This document shows positions 11,985 to 25,365 of a stretch of 64,000 bases of DNA, piece after piece; position 1 is the first letter of the stretch; each line of letters begins with the position of its first letter. The notes under the pieces are model-generated. The model was not told where the DNA came from. It saw nothing but the letters and a program-made list of their open reading frames with translations, and did no database searches. The stretch spans positions 72,476,030-72,540,029 of the forward strand of contig NC_068983.1 in the NCBI RefSeq assembly GCF_001194135.2. Reading direction: 5' to 3'. Source of the stretch: Octopus bimaculoides. Lineage: Eukaryota. A program made the translations under genes and the position numbers.

Positions 11985-12530
11985 CATATAGAAACAATTC
12001 TCTAGACTGAACTATCTAGAATACTCATTATTTTCTTCTTTAACATTTCTAAATCACACTTGTTTACAAATGTGAAGATGTTTTGTGTATTTTTATCTCT
12101 TTATAATAATTAATGCTATATTTTAATTTCTTTTTCTTCATGTTTTTCTTTTTCTTTTTGTGGACGTTTTTACAATATACTTTTATTTTCTTAATTTAGA
12201 TAAAGAATTGGAATAACATGTATGAAGGCTTCAAATAGCTCCCATTTAAACTCTTTCAGTTCCATTACTATTTGCATGGGAATTATTCAGTGAGTTTGAA
12301 GTATTTCATTTCAATTGTATAAAGAAACAAAGCACTGGTTCATTATAAAATAATATACTTCACATGGTGAGTGGATTGTGGGTAAAACACTTTTTCATTA
12401 TTCTGTCACATCCCTTTATGTCTCAAGTTCAAATCCCATCAAATTTTATAAACTCTGCCTTTCATCCTTTCAAGGTTGACTAATGAATTATGAATTGATA
12501 AAATAAGTGTTAAAATAATATAAATGACAA
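11985..12530 (+). repeat. Copy 1 of an old ~550-bp direct duplication
   Basis: Aligns by eye with 13822-14370 (atatagaa.caattctctag...tttataataatta...ccatttaaac.cttt.cag.tccatta...agttcaaatccca). Estimated 65-70% identity. Confidence 0.7.
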
Positions 12531-12809
12531 TACCCTAGAAGGCAGCACCCCATCATAGATACAGTTCAATGAGTGAAACTATGAAAGAATATAAAAAATA
12601 TAATCAGTTAGCCCACACTTTGCATAATGCATGCAATGCATTGGGAGAAAATTGCATATTTTTGTATTATTGATCAACTGTGCCTTTCATCCTTTTAAGG
12701 GACAATAAAATAAGTTCCAGTTGGGCAATGGGGTTGATGTAACTGACTTGCATCACCCACTGAAATTGGTGGCCTTGTACCAAAATTTCAAACCATTATT
12801 ATAATTATT

Positions 12810-12819
12810 AAGATTATTA

Positions 12820-12854
<35 letters not shown>

Positions 12855-13170
12855 GAGTGAGAGAGCAGTGCATGCCATCAAAGTGACACTAGGGTACAAA
12901 TATACGAAGCCCAGTATATCCATCATGACAAACCGTCTCATAAGGGCACACTAGGCACATGCGTCACAACCATATGTGCACGACACAGTGATTTCATATC
13001 AAGATAAACAGTGCATGACTTTGCAGGTGGGGCCCAGTTAGAATTTTCTTCAGGTTGAGTAGCCCATCCTTCTCAAAAGGTCCCTGAATATGAGTTGTTT
13101 AAGGATGTTGAACGAAACACCCATGTTTCCAAAGGTGAATTATCCAACCTCTCAAGAATTCCTTTCAAGA
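12810..13170 (-). mobile_element. (TAA)n-tailed interspersed repeat with adjacent (AAT)n array
   Basis: (ATT)n tract at 12810-12855 followed by a GC-richer body (gagtgagagagcagtgcatgccatcaaagtgacact...). Retroposon-like 3' end. Confidence 0.55.
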
Positions 13171-13387
13171 AATGGAAGGCCTATTTCCAGTTGAGGCTGG
13201 AAATAGAGAATTCCTTGCCCAATTAGAAAGGAGAATGCTTACACCCACTAAAATGAGAGGAAAAGAAAATAAAGCAGGAGAAAGAGCTTCTTCGTGGTTA
13301 TGGAGCAAGACAGAAAAGTATAGCTGAAAGCTGCAAGAAGCTTTTGAACACTAATTTGGCCACCACTGCTGACCTACTAGGGGGAAA

Positions 13388-13632
13388 GTGTGTGTGTGTG
13401 TTTATGTGTGTGCATACGTGAGCATGCATGTCTGTGTGCGTATGTATGTGTGCGTGTATGTATATATATTTATATGTATATATGTCAACATTTATGTACA
13501 TGTATTTATATGTGTGCACGTGTGTGTATATATATATATATTTTTATCCATATATATGTGTCTATACATATATCCATATACATATATGTATATATTTTAT
13601 GTATATATTTATATGTGTGTGCATGTATATAA

Positions 13633-13672
<40 letters not shown>

Positions 13673-13730
13673 ATATGTATGTATATGCATAATACACAAA
13701 CAGGCATATATATCTATATATGCACCAAAT
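13388..13730. repeat. Degenerate (TG)/(TA)/(CA) microsatellite tract
   Basis: Direct observation. Source of several spurious ORFs. Confidence 0.92.
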
Positions 13731-13821
13731 CTATATTTGAAAAAGTAAAAAATGTATTGAAAAGAAAAAATACTTTTAAAAAGATCCTGTTTTCCTTGAA
13801 ATAGCTTAAATAAGGCCCAGA

Positions 13822-14370
13822 ATAAATATATAGAATCAATTCTCTAGTTGAAACTATGTTGAACAGTTTGTTATTGCTTTGCTTAACATATCTAAATCAT
13901 ATTTGCTTTGCAAATATGATACTGTTTTGTTTATTTTTATCCCCTTTATAATAATTAGCAGTGTTTTTCCATTTCTATATATGTCTGAAATTTTGTAGAT
14001 AATTTTTCTCCTTTATTTTTGTGAATAGTTTTCAATATTCCCACCCCACCTTTTTTATTTGGATAAATAATTGAAATAACTTCTATGAAAGCTACAAATA
14101 TATTCCATTTAAACCCTTTACAGCTCCATTATTGTTTGCATAGAAGCTACTCAATGAGTTCTCTAACATTTCATTTCAGCTATGTGAAGAAATGTAGCAT
14201 GTATGTATTATGCTTAAATTAAAGACTTCATATGGCAAATGGAATGTATGAATAGGTAGTATATTGGGAAATATACATTTTCAGTGTTTGTTTACATTCA
14301 TTTATGTTCTCAGTTCAAATCCCAACCATGTCAACTTCGCCTTTCTTCTTTCTGAAGTTAATCAAATAAA
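13822..14370 (+). repeat. Copy 2 of the old direct duplication
   Basis: See 11985-12530. Confidence 0.7.
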
Positions 14371-14377
14371 TGAATTA

Positions 14378-14715
14378 CTAAGGTGTGACTGTGTGGTTCA
14401 GAGGCTCACTTTGCGACCATGTGATTTCATGTTCAGCCCCACTGCACAGCACCTTCGGCAGGTGTAGAATACCATTATGCATGTGTATTATGTCTTTGTG
14501 CTCATGTTTGACCCCCACCACTCCACCAATTGGCAATCAGTGCTGGTTTGTTTGCATAACTTAGCAGCTTTGCAAAAGAGAATGATTACCAGACTTAAAA
14601 AGGAAAAAGTAAAATAAGCTCTGGGATCAATTTGTTTAAATAAAAATCCTCTAAGGTGGTTCCCTAACATGGACACAATCCAATGACCAAAACAAGTCTA
14701 AAGACTAAAAGAAAG
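14378..14715 (+). mobile_element. Decayed tRNA-derived SINE
   Basis: gtgtgactgtgtggttcagagg...gttcagccccactgcacagcaccttcggcaggtgt head, and ...cataacttagcag...gcatggacaca 3' half. Confidence 0.6.
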
Positions 14716-14902
14716 AAAGTATGAGTTGATAAAATTAAATACAAATTGATAAAATAAGTATTGGAGGTTATATATTCCTTTCATCACAATTGATTACGGC
14801 CTTTATTATGGCTACAGTCTAATGACGGAAACCAGTAAAAGAATGTAAGAATACTGAATGAAATAATAATGAAACACTGGTTTGCAGACTTGTTTTTTAG
14901 TA

Positions 14903-15461
14903 TCAGGTCATCCCGTAAGTTCTGTCCAAATTTTGAATAAAGAAAACAAGTGATCAAATGTTATATTTAATTGAAATTTAATTATCAATGTACTTTCCCT
15001 GATTATCTATGACTTACTTCCATCTATTTACAAGTTTTTTAATCCCATCAATGTAAAATTCTTTTGGTTTTAAAGCAAAGAACTCTGAAATGTCAGTTTC
15101 GACCTCCTCCTGGCTTGTGAAAGTTATGACCCCAAATGATTCTGTAAACTACGAAACAAATGGTAGTCTGAATGAGCAAGGTTGGGAGAATAAGGTGGAT
15201 GAGGAATTGTTTCCCAACCAAGCTCTTCGATCTTTTGTGATGTGATCTTTGCAGTGTGGGGTCACGCATTGTCCTGATGAAACATCACTCCTTTTTGATT
15301 CCCTAAAGCAGGTCTTTTTTCTTTCAAAGCTTGGTTCAAATGCTCTAATTGCTGACAGTTGACTTGAGCATTGATTGTTGCATTAGACGTTCTAAAATAC
15401 TATTAAATATCATTCAATTTTAAAAAAGGTAAAATTGGACAGAACTTATGGGATAACTTGA
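14903..15461 (-). mobile_element. Internally deleted mariner element with transposase C-terminal remnant
   Basis: TA|tcaggtcatcccgtaagttctgtcc ... ggacagaacttatgggataacttga|TA terminal inverted repeats. The minus strand reads FHQDNA*PHTAKITSQKIEELGWETIPHPPYSPNLAHSDYHLFRSLQNHL (YSPDL motif). Confidence 0.9.
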
Positions 15462-15560
15462 TATATCAAGCTTTTGTGTTCTTTACAGATTCTAATACAC
15501 CTCAGAAATTGAAAGCTCTTACGACTGATCATGTTCAATCATAAAATATATGACATTACT

Positions 15561-15611
<51 letters not shown>

Positions 15612-16626
15612 TATATAGTGTATATACAGCATCTTATAATCATGATATCACAAACACATATTACTAGATTCTTTATCAACAACAACTCAAATTGACATTC
15701 AAACATTTGTAAAACAACACTGATTCGATCAACAAGTAAGGTGCAGTGTTGTTTTACAAATGTCTGAATGTCTAATATGAGTTGTGATTAAAGAATCTAA
15801 TTTTTCAAAATATTAAGCCCATCTTTAGAGATGAAAGGATTTTTCATTATTTAGATTCACACTACGTTGCAAGTAGTTTGATTTTCAGTCATCATTTGTT
15901 TTATTTTTGGATGTTTACTTAGTACTTGACTGTTTTGAACAAGTTCATCTCTAAAGATGAGATTAATTTTCTAAAAAATCTTGTATCTTATTTTATGAAG
16001 TTGGCAAAGCAGAGCCATACCTGCACATATTTTACATGTTGGAAAACATGTTATTAAGACAAAAAAGGCTTGTAAATCAAAAATGCAGAGCAGTAAGCTG
16101 AAAGAGCTATTTAGCATTGATTTCAAATTCTTGTTTCATCAGTTTTAATTGATACCCAAGACTTCTTGCCATTGTTATTCAGCCCTAGATCAACCCCTAT
16201 TTGATGCACTTATGATAAAAAGCATTCAAATTGTGACTATCCAGTCTATTTTTCTCTTTTTTCTTTTACCAGAGAGTGTATTTTGGTCAACATTATTCGA
16301 TATTTCCTTCTCTAGGACAGTAGGATGTGATACAAGAGAGATTTCATTATTCATAGCAGGTTGAGCAACCAGGTAGCGTCTTCCTTGCTAGCTTGTCCAA
16401 AGTTTTGCTTTCTTATCTGGTAGAAATTCAACACTGGGCTAACTATCTAATTATTTGCTTATATATATGTATATATATATATATTGCACATTTGCATGGT
16501 GTTTGTGGGGTTGCTATATCACATGTTCAGCAATGTCATTTTCTATCAGCATTGGTTGTTATTGATTTGATAGTTCAGTAGGAAGCATAAGGATCTTTTT
16601 TTTTTTTTTGACATGGTTAAATACAG

Positions 16627-16806
16627 AATTGGTGTATACATGTGCCAGTCACAAGACCAGGAAATAGTCACTGTGTAGTTGGCAGTACACAAGCAACTTG
16701 CCAAGCTAACATTCAAGAGCGTGCTAGCAGCAAGCAAAATGGGAATCAGTACAGCAGCATGCTTCTGCAGTTTCTCTACCACCACTACTGCCATATCATG
16801 GAAAGG
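16627..16806 (+). CDS. Candidate 180-nt phase 0-0 exon, unassigned
   Basis: Poly-T tract then ttaaatacag|AATTGG...GAAAGG|gtagga, 60 open codons NWCIHVPVTRPGNSHC...HHYCHIMER. GC-richer than the flanks. Confidence 0.2.
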
Positions 16807-18338
16807 GTAGGAACATCACTTGCTGAAAAAGGCTAACTCAGAACAGGTACAGGCTAAAAGAATCCAAATGTTTAATTGAAATTAAGTGACATGTAGATTT
16901 CCACAGGTATAATGGGATTTTTGCTTTATGTTCAAAATGTCAAAGTAAAGAAATTCAACAGAGTATAGGTAAATATTAAATCAAATTATGACTCTTAAGA
17001 TAACCAGTCATTCCTGGTGCACCACCTTCAAACATACAGAACCAAACTAAAATACAAACTCCATTAGAACTAGTTAAATAATCTTAACAAATCTACTACT
17101 GAACAACTCACAATTAATTTTAGAGTGAGATTCAAGTGAGATGTGGCTACAGTTCTTAGAAGGATGAGTGACTATGTAGAAGCTTCTTCAGTGGCCTGTA
17201 GGTGAACAAAAGTTTGGATATAGTTTCTTAAGTGAAATCTATTTCAAGCATACAATCTCAGCTAGTTTTAACTATCACAATGAATGAAAAAAAGAAAAAA
17301 AGAAAGAAAGATCTTTTCAATCAGAGCTGACCTGAGGCTAAATAACAACAAAACAGCAACATACCAAAATACTAAGTTCATTGCCTCTCCAGTCTGAAAT
17401 AGGCAGAGCTCAAACTTTATGCCAGGAGTAATTGTCTCTCAAATTTAAAAATGTTATTAAAATGAGCCAATGAAGGAAACTTACATGATCGCTCAACCTG
17501 CTACAAATAGCATACAGTGGATAATGAAGTCCTGGGTTACATTATGTCTGAATATGAGATAGGATGGTCATGATTGGAATGCTTTTGATCAAAGTGTAGG
17601 TCTGTTCAATCACAGCTAACTTTAGCTAAAACATTATTAAAACTTCTGGTAAACATAGAAATTTTTCTAACTGATCGCCTCCCTCCTACAGGCAAACACT
17701 GCATAAAGACATGAGCAATATGATCTAAAATGAGATTATCAAAACACAACATATTCAGTGTGCTGACCTTGTGCATTACTCCCAAACAGTGAATTGTCAA
17801 CTTCTACTTTTCTCGGGCCAAAAGACTGATAGGAATGAGGCTTGTTGAAACAGTTGTAATTATATATCAGTCATTGAACAAATGTTGTCTTTTCCTCACT
17901 ACAAAATTATTTTTAATTAGATTTTTTTATGCCTACTGTATTAAATATATATAACACTAACTTAACTATTATTATCCAAGTAGACGCCATTATCTCTAAG
18001 TATTTAACCTCAGTGTTTTATTTATTTTTCTTTTAATGTGCTGATTTTTCACACTTGCTCATGTGCAATATTGTACATTTACCGAGTGATTCTCTCATTG
18101 CTGTTTCAATGAATGTAGTGGGGTCTATCCATCAGGGGTATTATCTGGAGTTATCCACCATACTTGTTGAAATTATTAAAATATTATCAGTCTCTGATCT
18201 CATGACTTTTCTTCACTACATAAGTATTTCTAGGTTCCTGATTATCTTTTATTTTTTACTTGTTTCAGTCATAGCACTGCAGCCATGCTGGGTCACCATC
18301 TTTCAGGGTTTAGTCAAACAAATCAACCCCAGTACTTA

Positions 18339-19215
18339 CAGGGTGTTCAGGCTAAATTTGGCTATATTTTATAACTCCTTTCTTCGAGAATAGCTTGATG
18401 TACTGGTGAACAGTTGATGGTATTGGAGAGTATAAAGATTAAAGTTGTAGTTGAGAAAAAGTTAGCTGACATGCGGAACTGGAAGCCATCTAAATAGTGG
18501 AAAAGAGTTACCTGTATCATGATGATTGACACTGGGTGTCAAAATGCTAACAACATGATTGCTGCTTAATGTTCTGTGAACACTGTAAAGGGTGTAAGAC
18601 ATGTGAAAACCAAGTTCCCCCAAGCTATGATGGTCTTTGGGTGTATCTCCAGTGAAGGTAACATCATACCATCCCATATCTTTGAACAAGGCTTTTAGCT
18701 CAATTCAGACAGCTATTTGAAGCTGCTGGAGAATGTGGATAAACCCTGGTTGGAGAGGATTGCTGCTGGAAGGCCAAATGTATGGGAACAGGATTTGGTT
18801 CCGATACCTCTGGAAAAAGTCAGAAGTGGTTGTCAGAGAATTTCTACGACTTCACCAGCCCCACTTTCTGGCCTCCTATTTCTCCCAATTGTAATCCCAT
18901 GGATCACTATGTGCATGGCTCAGTTGAGAAAGACACCAACCATTCTTCCTGCAACACAAGGCGAAGCTGGTAACCAAAATCAAGGAGGTATTCAAAGATC
19001 TTCCCAGGGACACTGTGAGGAACGCATGCACTAGGCTCCAGAGGCAACTTAGGGCCATAGTGGAAGCTAAGAGTAGCTATTTGAGTAAACTGTTATCTCC
19101 CAGCCATAATCTAATTGATATGTTTTGACTTTTTTTAAATACTTTTATTTTTGGATGAGATATTGTGTTTTCTTTTCCTTTTATGCAAAAGGTCAGATTT
19201 ACCCTGAACACCCTG
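18339..19215 (+). mobile_element. Tc1/mariner element, probably maT (DD37D) type, internally deleted
   Basis: TA|cagggtgttcaggctaaatttg ... cagatttaccctgaacaccctg|TA. Remnants MVFGCISSEG, WLERIAAGRPNVWEQD and SQKWLSENFYDFTSPTFWPP.SP.CNPMD. The spacing fits D37D if a small frameshifting deletion after QD is restored. Confidence 0.85.
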
Positions 19216-19224
19216 TATTCTACC

Positions 19225-19450
19225 AATCACCTTTGCCAAACCACTAAGTTATAGAAATGTGAACAAACCAACAACAGTTGTCAAGCAGTGGTGGGGACAA
19301 ACACAAAGACACACAGATACTTACATATATATCACAGGCTTCTTTCAGTTTCCATCAGCCTGAAGCTGTAGTAGAAGGCACTTGTCCATGGTGCCATACA
19401 GTGGGACTGTGCCCAAAACCATATTGCTGGGAAGCAAGCTTCTTACCCAA
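19225..19450 (-). mobile_element. Decayed tRNA-derived SINE
   Basis: gccaaaccactaagtta...gtcaagcagtggtggggacaaacac...ggcttctttcagtttcc...gcaagcttctta. Confidence 0.65.
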
Positions 19451-21439
19451 ATCATATAATGACTTTGCTGAATTAAGAAAGTCATTAGTGTGTCAAAAAG
19501 AATACTACCACCATAGTCTAGTTAGGCGACAGACAATCCATTGCCCACTTTAACACTCCTACATAGTACTTCTGGTACCTTTAGTGGGGTCAACTCTACT
19601 GCAAGTATTCAGTCCAGGTTTCTAATTCCACCAGTCTCAGAGGCCCTGTAAAAGGGCCATGAGTACTCCCTTCCCTCCTGACTAAAAGATAAAATAAAAT
19701 ACTAATACTAAATTATTATTTTTCATGTGGATAGTGTCTCTGAGTAATTAATGTCATTGATTTATTTATTTAGTTATTTAGACATTTTGTACAGAGCTGA
19801 TCTAGCAGAGCAGGCTGACTGGAACTCCTTAACAACCAATACATCAGCATTCATGATTTTATCTCTACTTATTTTTTGCGATACAAAAATAGATTAGATT
19901 GATTTTATACTTTCTTTTTGTATATACACAATACTCTGTAGTCAGAATTAACTAATAATGAAGCTGATATCATTCTATTTTAACAGGAAACTCAATGCAA
20001 ACATATTTAAGAAGCAGAATTGAACAACGAAAACAATGGAAAGTGGAAATATGTAAAGGAAACCCCGAGTGGAATATGATAAAAATAAAAGGAAGGTGGG
20101 GGGGGGGATAGGAGAAGGATGAGGAGTAGCAAACCTACCAACTCCTGTCTGCAAACATATTAAACATGTTCAATCAAGAAGATGAATAAAACTGATAATG
20201 GGAAATAAATCAAAAGTTTTTAGGTTATTAAGAAACACACTACGAAAGGATAATCATAGATATATTAAAAGATATCAGTAAAGAAGACAATTATGTATTT
20301 TGTATACACATCAAGAAAAGCCTTCAATTATTCATGTCATTGTCAGCCCTGATTAACCATACATATGATCTAAAGCTTTCCAGCTACGACCACCACATCA
20401 ATTTTCAGACACTGCCACTAGGTCTACATTATTCAATGTGTAGTTCCCTTTTTTTTTTAATGATTGAATATGATTTAAAGATTTGACTGCTTTTTCTAGC
20501 AGGTCAGGCAACTACATAGAAGTAACCTCAAAATGAAAGCTTCGTTAATTTACTCAACATCTGAAATGTGTTTTCATTGGTCTTTCTTGTTACAATGTTA
20601 TGAATGACCGATATTAACTAGATTTAAGTTAATTTTTAACTACATTTATATATATTTTTTATTTGAAAGGGGGATAATTGATTAACAAAAAGGTATAAAA
20701 AAAATAGTAAAATAATTTTAAAAAGGCAACAATGAATTATCAAGAAAGTTCATTCATTGATTAGTGGTTCTCAAAAAAAAAAAATTACATAAAAATTAAC
20801 ATCAAGCTTGTGTTAGAAGAGAGGTTGAAAAGATCAATAAAAGGTCATATAATAAAGACTTAATATCAAATTACACTTTCAAATATTCCATAAATATTTC
20901 ATGAATCAACAAAATCAAGAAGGAAGAATTCTCGCACATACATTCCTCTACCAGTATCAACCTATTTAAGGCAAGGTTTATTCAAAAATTATTTCACAAT
21001 CTTTGCATAATATCTGAATTAAAAAGAGTCAGTGAATGTGTGTGTGTGAGAGAGAGAGAGAGAAAGAGAGAGAGTGAAAGTGAGTGTGAGAGAGAGAGTG
21101 AGAGAATGAAGAATTTTTGAAAGATTAATTTTAATCTTTATATCAAGTATTTATAATCCACCTTACATTGTATCTTTTTCACATTGTATCTTTTTTAAAC
21201 AGTTTTGCATCATTTTTGCCTGCTTTAGTAGATTTACATTAGTTTATATATATATATATATATGAGTAGTATTTACTTTTGTCTTTAATTTGCCATTTTA
21301 GTACTATTCACAAATTTGAAAACATGAGAATATTTTAATAATCATATAATTACTTAAAATATAATGAAAACAGACACTTCAAAATAAGAACTTTTGAGAA
21401 GAGTGTAAAATTTCTGTCCTCCATGTTTCTCCATTCACT

Positions 21440-21725
21440 CCTAGCGAGACCGTTGCCAGTGCCGCTGGACTGGCTCCTGTGCTGGTGGCACGTAAAATAC
21501 ACCATTTTGAGCATGGCTGTTGCCAGTACCGCCTGACTGGCCTTCATGCTGGTGGCACGTAAAAGCACCCACTACACTCTTGGAGTGGTTGGCGTTAGGA
21601 AGGACATCCAGCTGTAGAAACTCTGCCAAATCAAATTGGAGCTTGGTGTAGCCATCTGGTTCGCCAGTCCTCAGTCAAATCGTCCAACCCATGCTAGCAT
21701 GGAAGGTGGACGTTAAACGATGATG
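21440..21725 (+). mobile_element. Stand-alone RTE 3'-UTR-like repeat with hairpin units and (GAT)n tail
   Basis: Two gtgctggtggcacgtaaaa units, then ...ccaacccatgctagcatggaaggtggacgttaaacgatgatga. Confidence 0.8.
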
Positions 21726-24700
21726 AACGATTAGTCCATTCTCTGTTACTCATGCGCTCTGTTACTACATATGCTGCTGTATAAAGGTTAAAAGCATTGA
21801 ACTATTGCATTCAAAATGAAAGCTTTAGTTTTAAAAATAGCCTAGGATTAAGGCCCATTGTAGGAAAAGCACTGAATGAAAATACTTGAGATATGGAACA
21901 GTCAAAACATGAGATTCCTGAACCTGAAACTTTGATATCAACTCATCTTCATGTTTATCAACAACATGAGTCCACAATATAGAAGGATGAAAAGAAAAGG
22001 AAGAGAAGAAATGAAAAAGAAGACAATGAAGACAAGCAGAAGTATAAAAGGTGATAAAACTATTGTTGTCACCAAGAACAGCATCAAGGAACAAATTAAT
22101 TGGAGCAGGGTTGTTATGTGCACTCATTCAACCTGCTTGAGATAGCAGTTGAAATCTCCATATAATATATCCTATCATCTTAAAATGAAAAAGAAGGAAA
22201 AGGCATATTTCACTAGAGTCCCAGATACTAGTAAAAGACATGATCATAGGTAGAATGCCTTCGATAACAGGTCTACTTAATTAGAGCTTACTTGGGACAA
22301 AACAATAGCAACATAATAAAATCATTTTATGCCATAATACAGAGTCAGTTACAGGTAGTTTAGTTTGCATGCAACTTCCACCTACACATATAGAATGTCG
22401 AACTTTTGGGATACAGTGTATTTCAGATCACATTTTCCAAAGTAAGCTGCTCTTTTAAGATGTTATGTAGTGATTTCTGGGGGAATTAGCAGCTTTTTGT
22501 AGCTACAACGGTTCCCCTGTCAGTTCATACATGTACATTTACTTAGCTTCTGATACAAAATTTTAAAAAAACAGTGAAATATTAACATCTCACAAAAAAA
22601 AAAAATAGCAGAAAAAAATGAAGTTAACAGTCAGGAAAAATGTTTACAAAAAAAGCACTTGGATTTTTGCTATGATTAGCTAGATCACTTATGTCAGTAC
22701 ACCACCAAATCCTAGTTTCTGATAAAGGTTTGAGTGTATTGTGGTAAGGTCTCTTTTGTAATTAATAACAAATTCTTTTTTTTTTTTCTCAATTCAATTC
22801 AGTGAAATTCAATTCAATTTCTTGTCATTATATTTACAGCAAAGTTTTCTTTATAATCTTTGCCTGTTTTACTACTTGAAATTCATTACATTAATGTTTA
22901 CAATTTCAAATATTTTTGACAAGCATGCTTTCATGACTTGGAGTCTGGTAAATATGGTGTCATTCATCAACATCTAATTTTAAATTATAATCCATCCTTA
23001 ATGCACAGTCTTAATACATTCAACATTTGGCTGATAGAGAAATACAGCGTGGCATGTTAACTTTATTCTGTGTTTCAAAAAGGAGAGGTGAAAAGAAAAT
23101 ATGAAAGACAAAAAAAATGTGTTTAAACGTGTGTTTGTGTTACTATGTGTATGAGTGCATGAGAAAAGAGAAATGAGCAGGGAAAAAGGGAGAAAAAAAA
23201 AAAAATTAAAAAAAGAAATAATAACAAAAAAGAAAACTGCTGCAGTATCTGTTGAAACATTTGGGAAAAGAATCATGGAAGTTATCTAGAAGTTATTACT
23301 ATGCATATCTTATTCTCTGCTGCAAATACAATTGCTAATGTTCACTCAAAGTCAGCCTTGTTTTGATATTTTTAAGAATAACAATTTGATAAGATTTTAC
23401 AACCAGATCTTATAATATCTTGCTAGTTTCTGTATATGTGAGACATTGATATGTGTTAGATTCTAACCAAATAAAGCGGATTAATGTTTTTGCATTTGTT
23501 GCCCACAGATAATAAGGAATTAAAGTAATAGAACTGGATATTTTCAATCTAAACACATGCAGTTTGTCTTTATTTGCACATGTCCACACAAGCATGTGCA
23601 CATGCACATGTGTGTACACACACACATCAAATGGAGATGCCAACACAATATTTGAGATTAAATTTGTAAACAGTTGTTATAACAATATGATTAAACATAT
23701 TTATCATCCCTGGGAATGTGTGTGTGTGTGCGCACGCGTGCTCATGTGCACAAGCACATAAATGCAGATGAATGAAATATATGTTATTCAAACCAAAAAA
23801 CTTCACGAAATATTTCCCTATTTTCATGTTTCTGGTCTTGAAACAAAAATTGGGTAAATCAGCCAGACTCTGAAAACTGATCTGCCCAAAATTCACAATA
23901 AGTTTTCTGTGGTGTTTTGTACAACTTTTTTAAAGTTAAGGAGCTTGCATTATACCACAATAATTTAAGGCTATCACATGATAACAAACTAAATTCATTA
24001 TATAATTTTTTTATATCATAAATTTCACTTTGCAGTTGGAAGATTTATAAGGAACTAATAGCATGTGCATGTAACATTTCTGGGCAGAATTCTTTAGTTT
24101 AGACTGCTTTAGTTCAACTAACTGTTGATTATTATTTGTAGAAAGAAAGTATTCCATCAAGGTGAAATTTATCCATCATCTTTTCATTAATGCCATGGAA
24201 TCAAAAATTACACATCAACTTTTAAAGCAGTTGTGAGGCTTAGAATGCAATTACATTCACAATTTAAAATTATCACATTCCAGCTGCTTTTAGTAACAAT
24301 AATAGTCACAACTATTCCAATAATCTTTCACTTATTGTCATAAAAGCAATGCTTATTTACAGGCTTGGTCAAATCAATTACCATTGAAGACTGAAGAGTG
24401 AATCAATTTGAAAAGATGTTAACTGCATTATTCTGTATCCATGCTTCTTGGGTTGACACAGTTGACAGTACTTGTTGAGACTTGTAATGTCACCTTATTA
24501 AAATCTAAATATCTGAGATGAGTTATTAATATGCTTATAATTTTTCAGACAATTGATCTCATCTATAGATATGAAATATTATATATTAGCTTTGATCTCC
24601 AATCATCAGTATGTTTTATTCATAGATATGTACACAGTACCAAACTGAATCAAACTAGGAGCCTTTATCTATAAATGAATGATAGGTATTATGTATATAT

Positions 24701-25365
24701 CCAGGAATAAGACATTTGTTGATGGCTTTAGAGCAAACCAATCAAAATATAGGTTAGCTGTAAAAATTGATTTCTTACACAGCCACAAGGCTAAACAAAA
24801 TTTGCGGTTGATTAAGATTCTTTTATCAGTAACTGATGGATGAAAGGCAAATCTGATTTCAGCAGAATTTGAACTCAAAAAAGAAGGGTTATAATTAAAT
24901 ACTTTAAAGATGAACTTAATATTCCAAAAAAGGATAAATGTTAAAATAAAATGTTTCTGTTTAACAAAGACCAACTAAATTTAAGGAATACATGGAGAGA
25001 AAATAATAAATGTTATTGCCATGAATGTGACACGGGTGAATCGAGAGTTTTAACTTGGGATTGAAACTGGATTATCATTTCAATTCACCAAGAGCATATC
25101 ACTACATCACAGTACTTGTCACAAAACTGGATAATCTATATATGAATATAAAATTAATGAGAACTGCATCTCTAAGTAAATGACCCAAGTTTAAAAAAGC
25201 ATAAAATCAAGTCTACATTTATTTGAGTGGTGTTATGTGATAATTACTAATCAGCTCAACTCTAGTTAAGGCACACTTTTTGCTTTGAACAATAATTTTT
25301 ATTTACATAGATATAGATCACCATAATTTGGAGAGAAGGAAAAACTAAATGTTCTCGTTATCCAT

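Noticed and set aside
20940-21012. Minus-strand acceptor ctctttttaattcag with donor gtatgt
   Set aside because: Stops in all frames.
21841-22075. Charged, protein-like plus frame LGLRPIVGKALNENT*DMEQSKHEIPEPET...KDEKKRKRR
   Set aside because: It has multiple stops and a purine-rich low-complexity half, with no recognisable family.
22428-22442. Possible 15-nt micro-exon (tatttcag|ATCACATTTTCCAAA|gtaagc), with a similar one at about 33585-33600 on the minus strand
   Set aside because: Too short to distinguish from chance without RNA data.
24385-24520. YLDFNK motif on the minus strand suggesting CR1 reverse transcriptase
   Set aside because: It is a single short motif, and the rest is too decayed to support a call.
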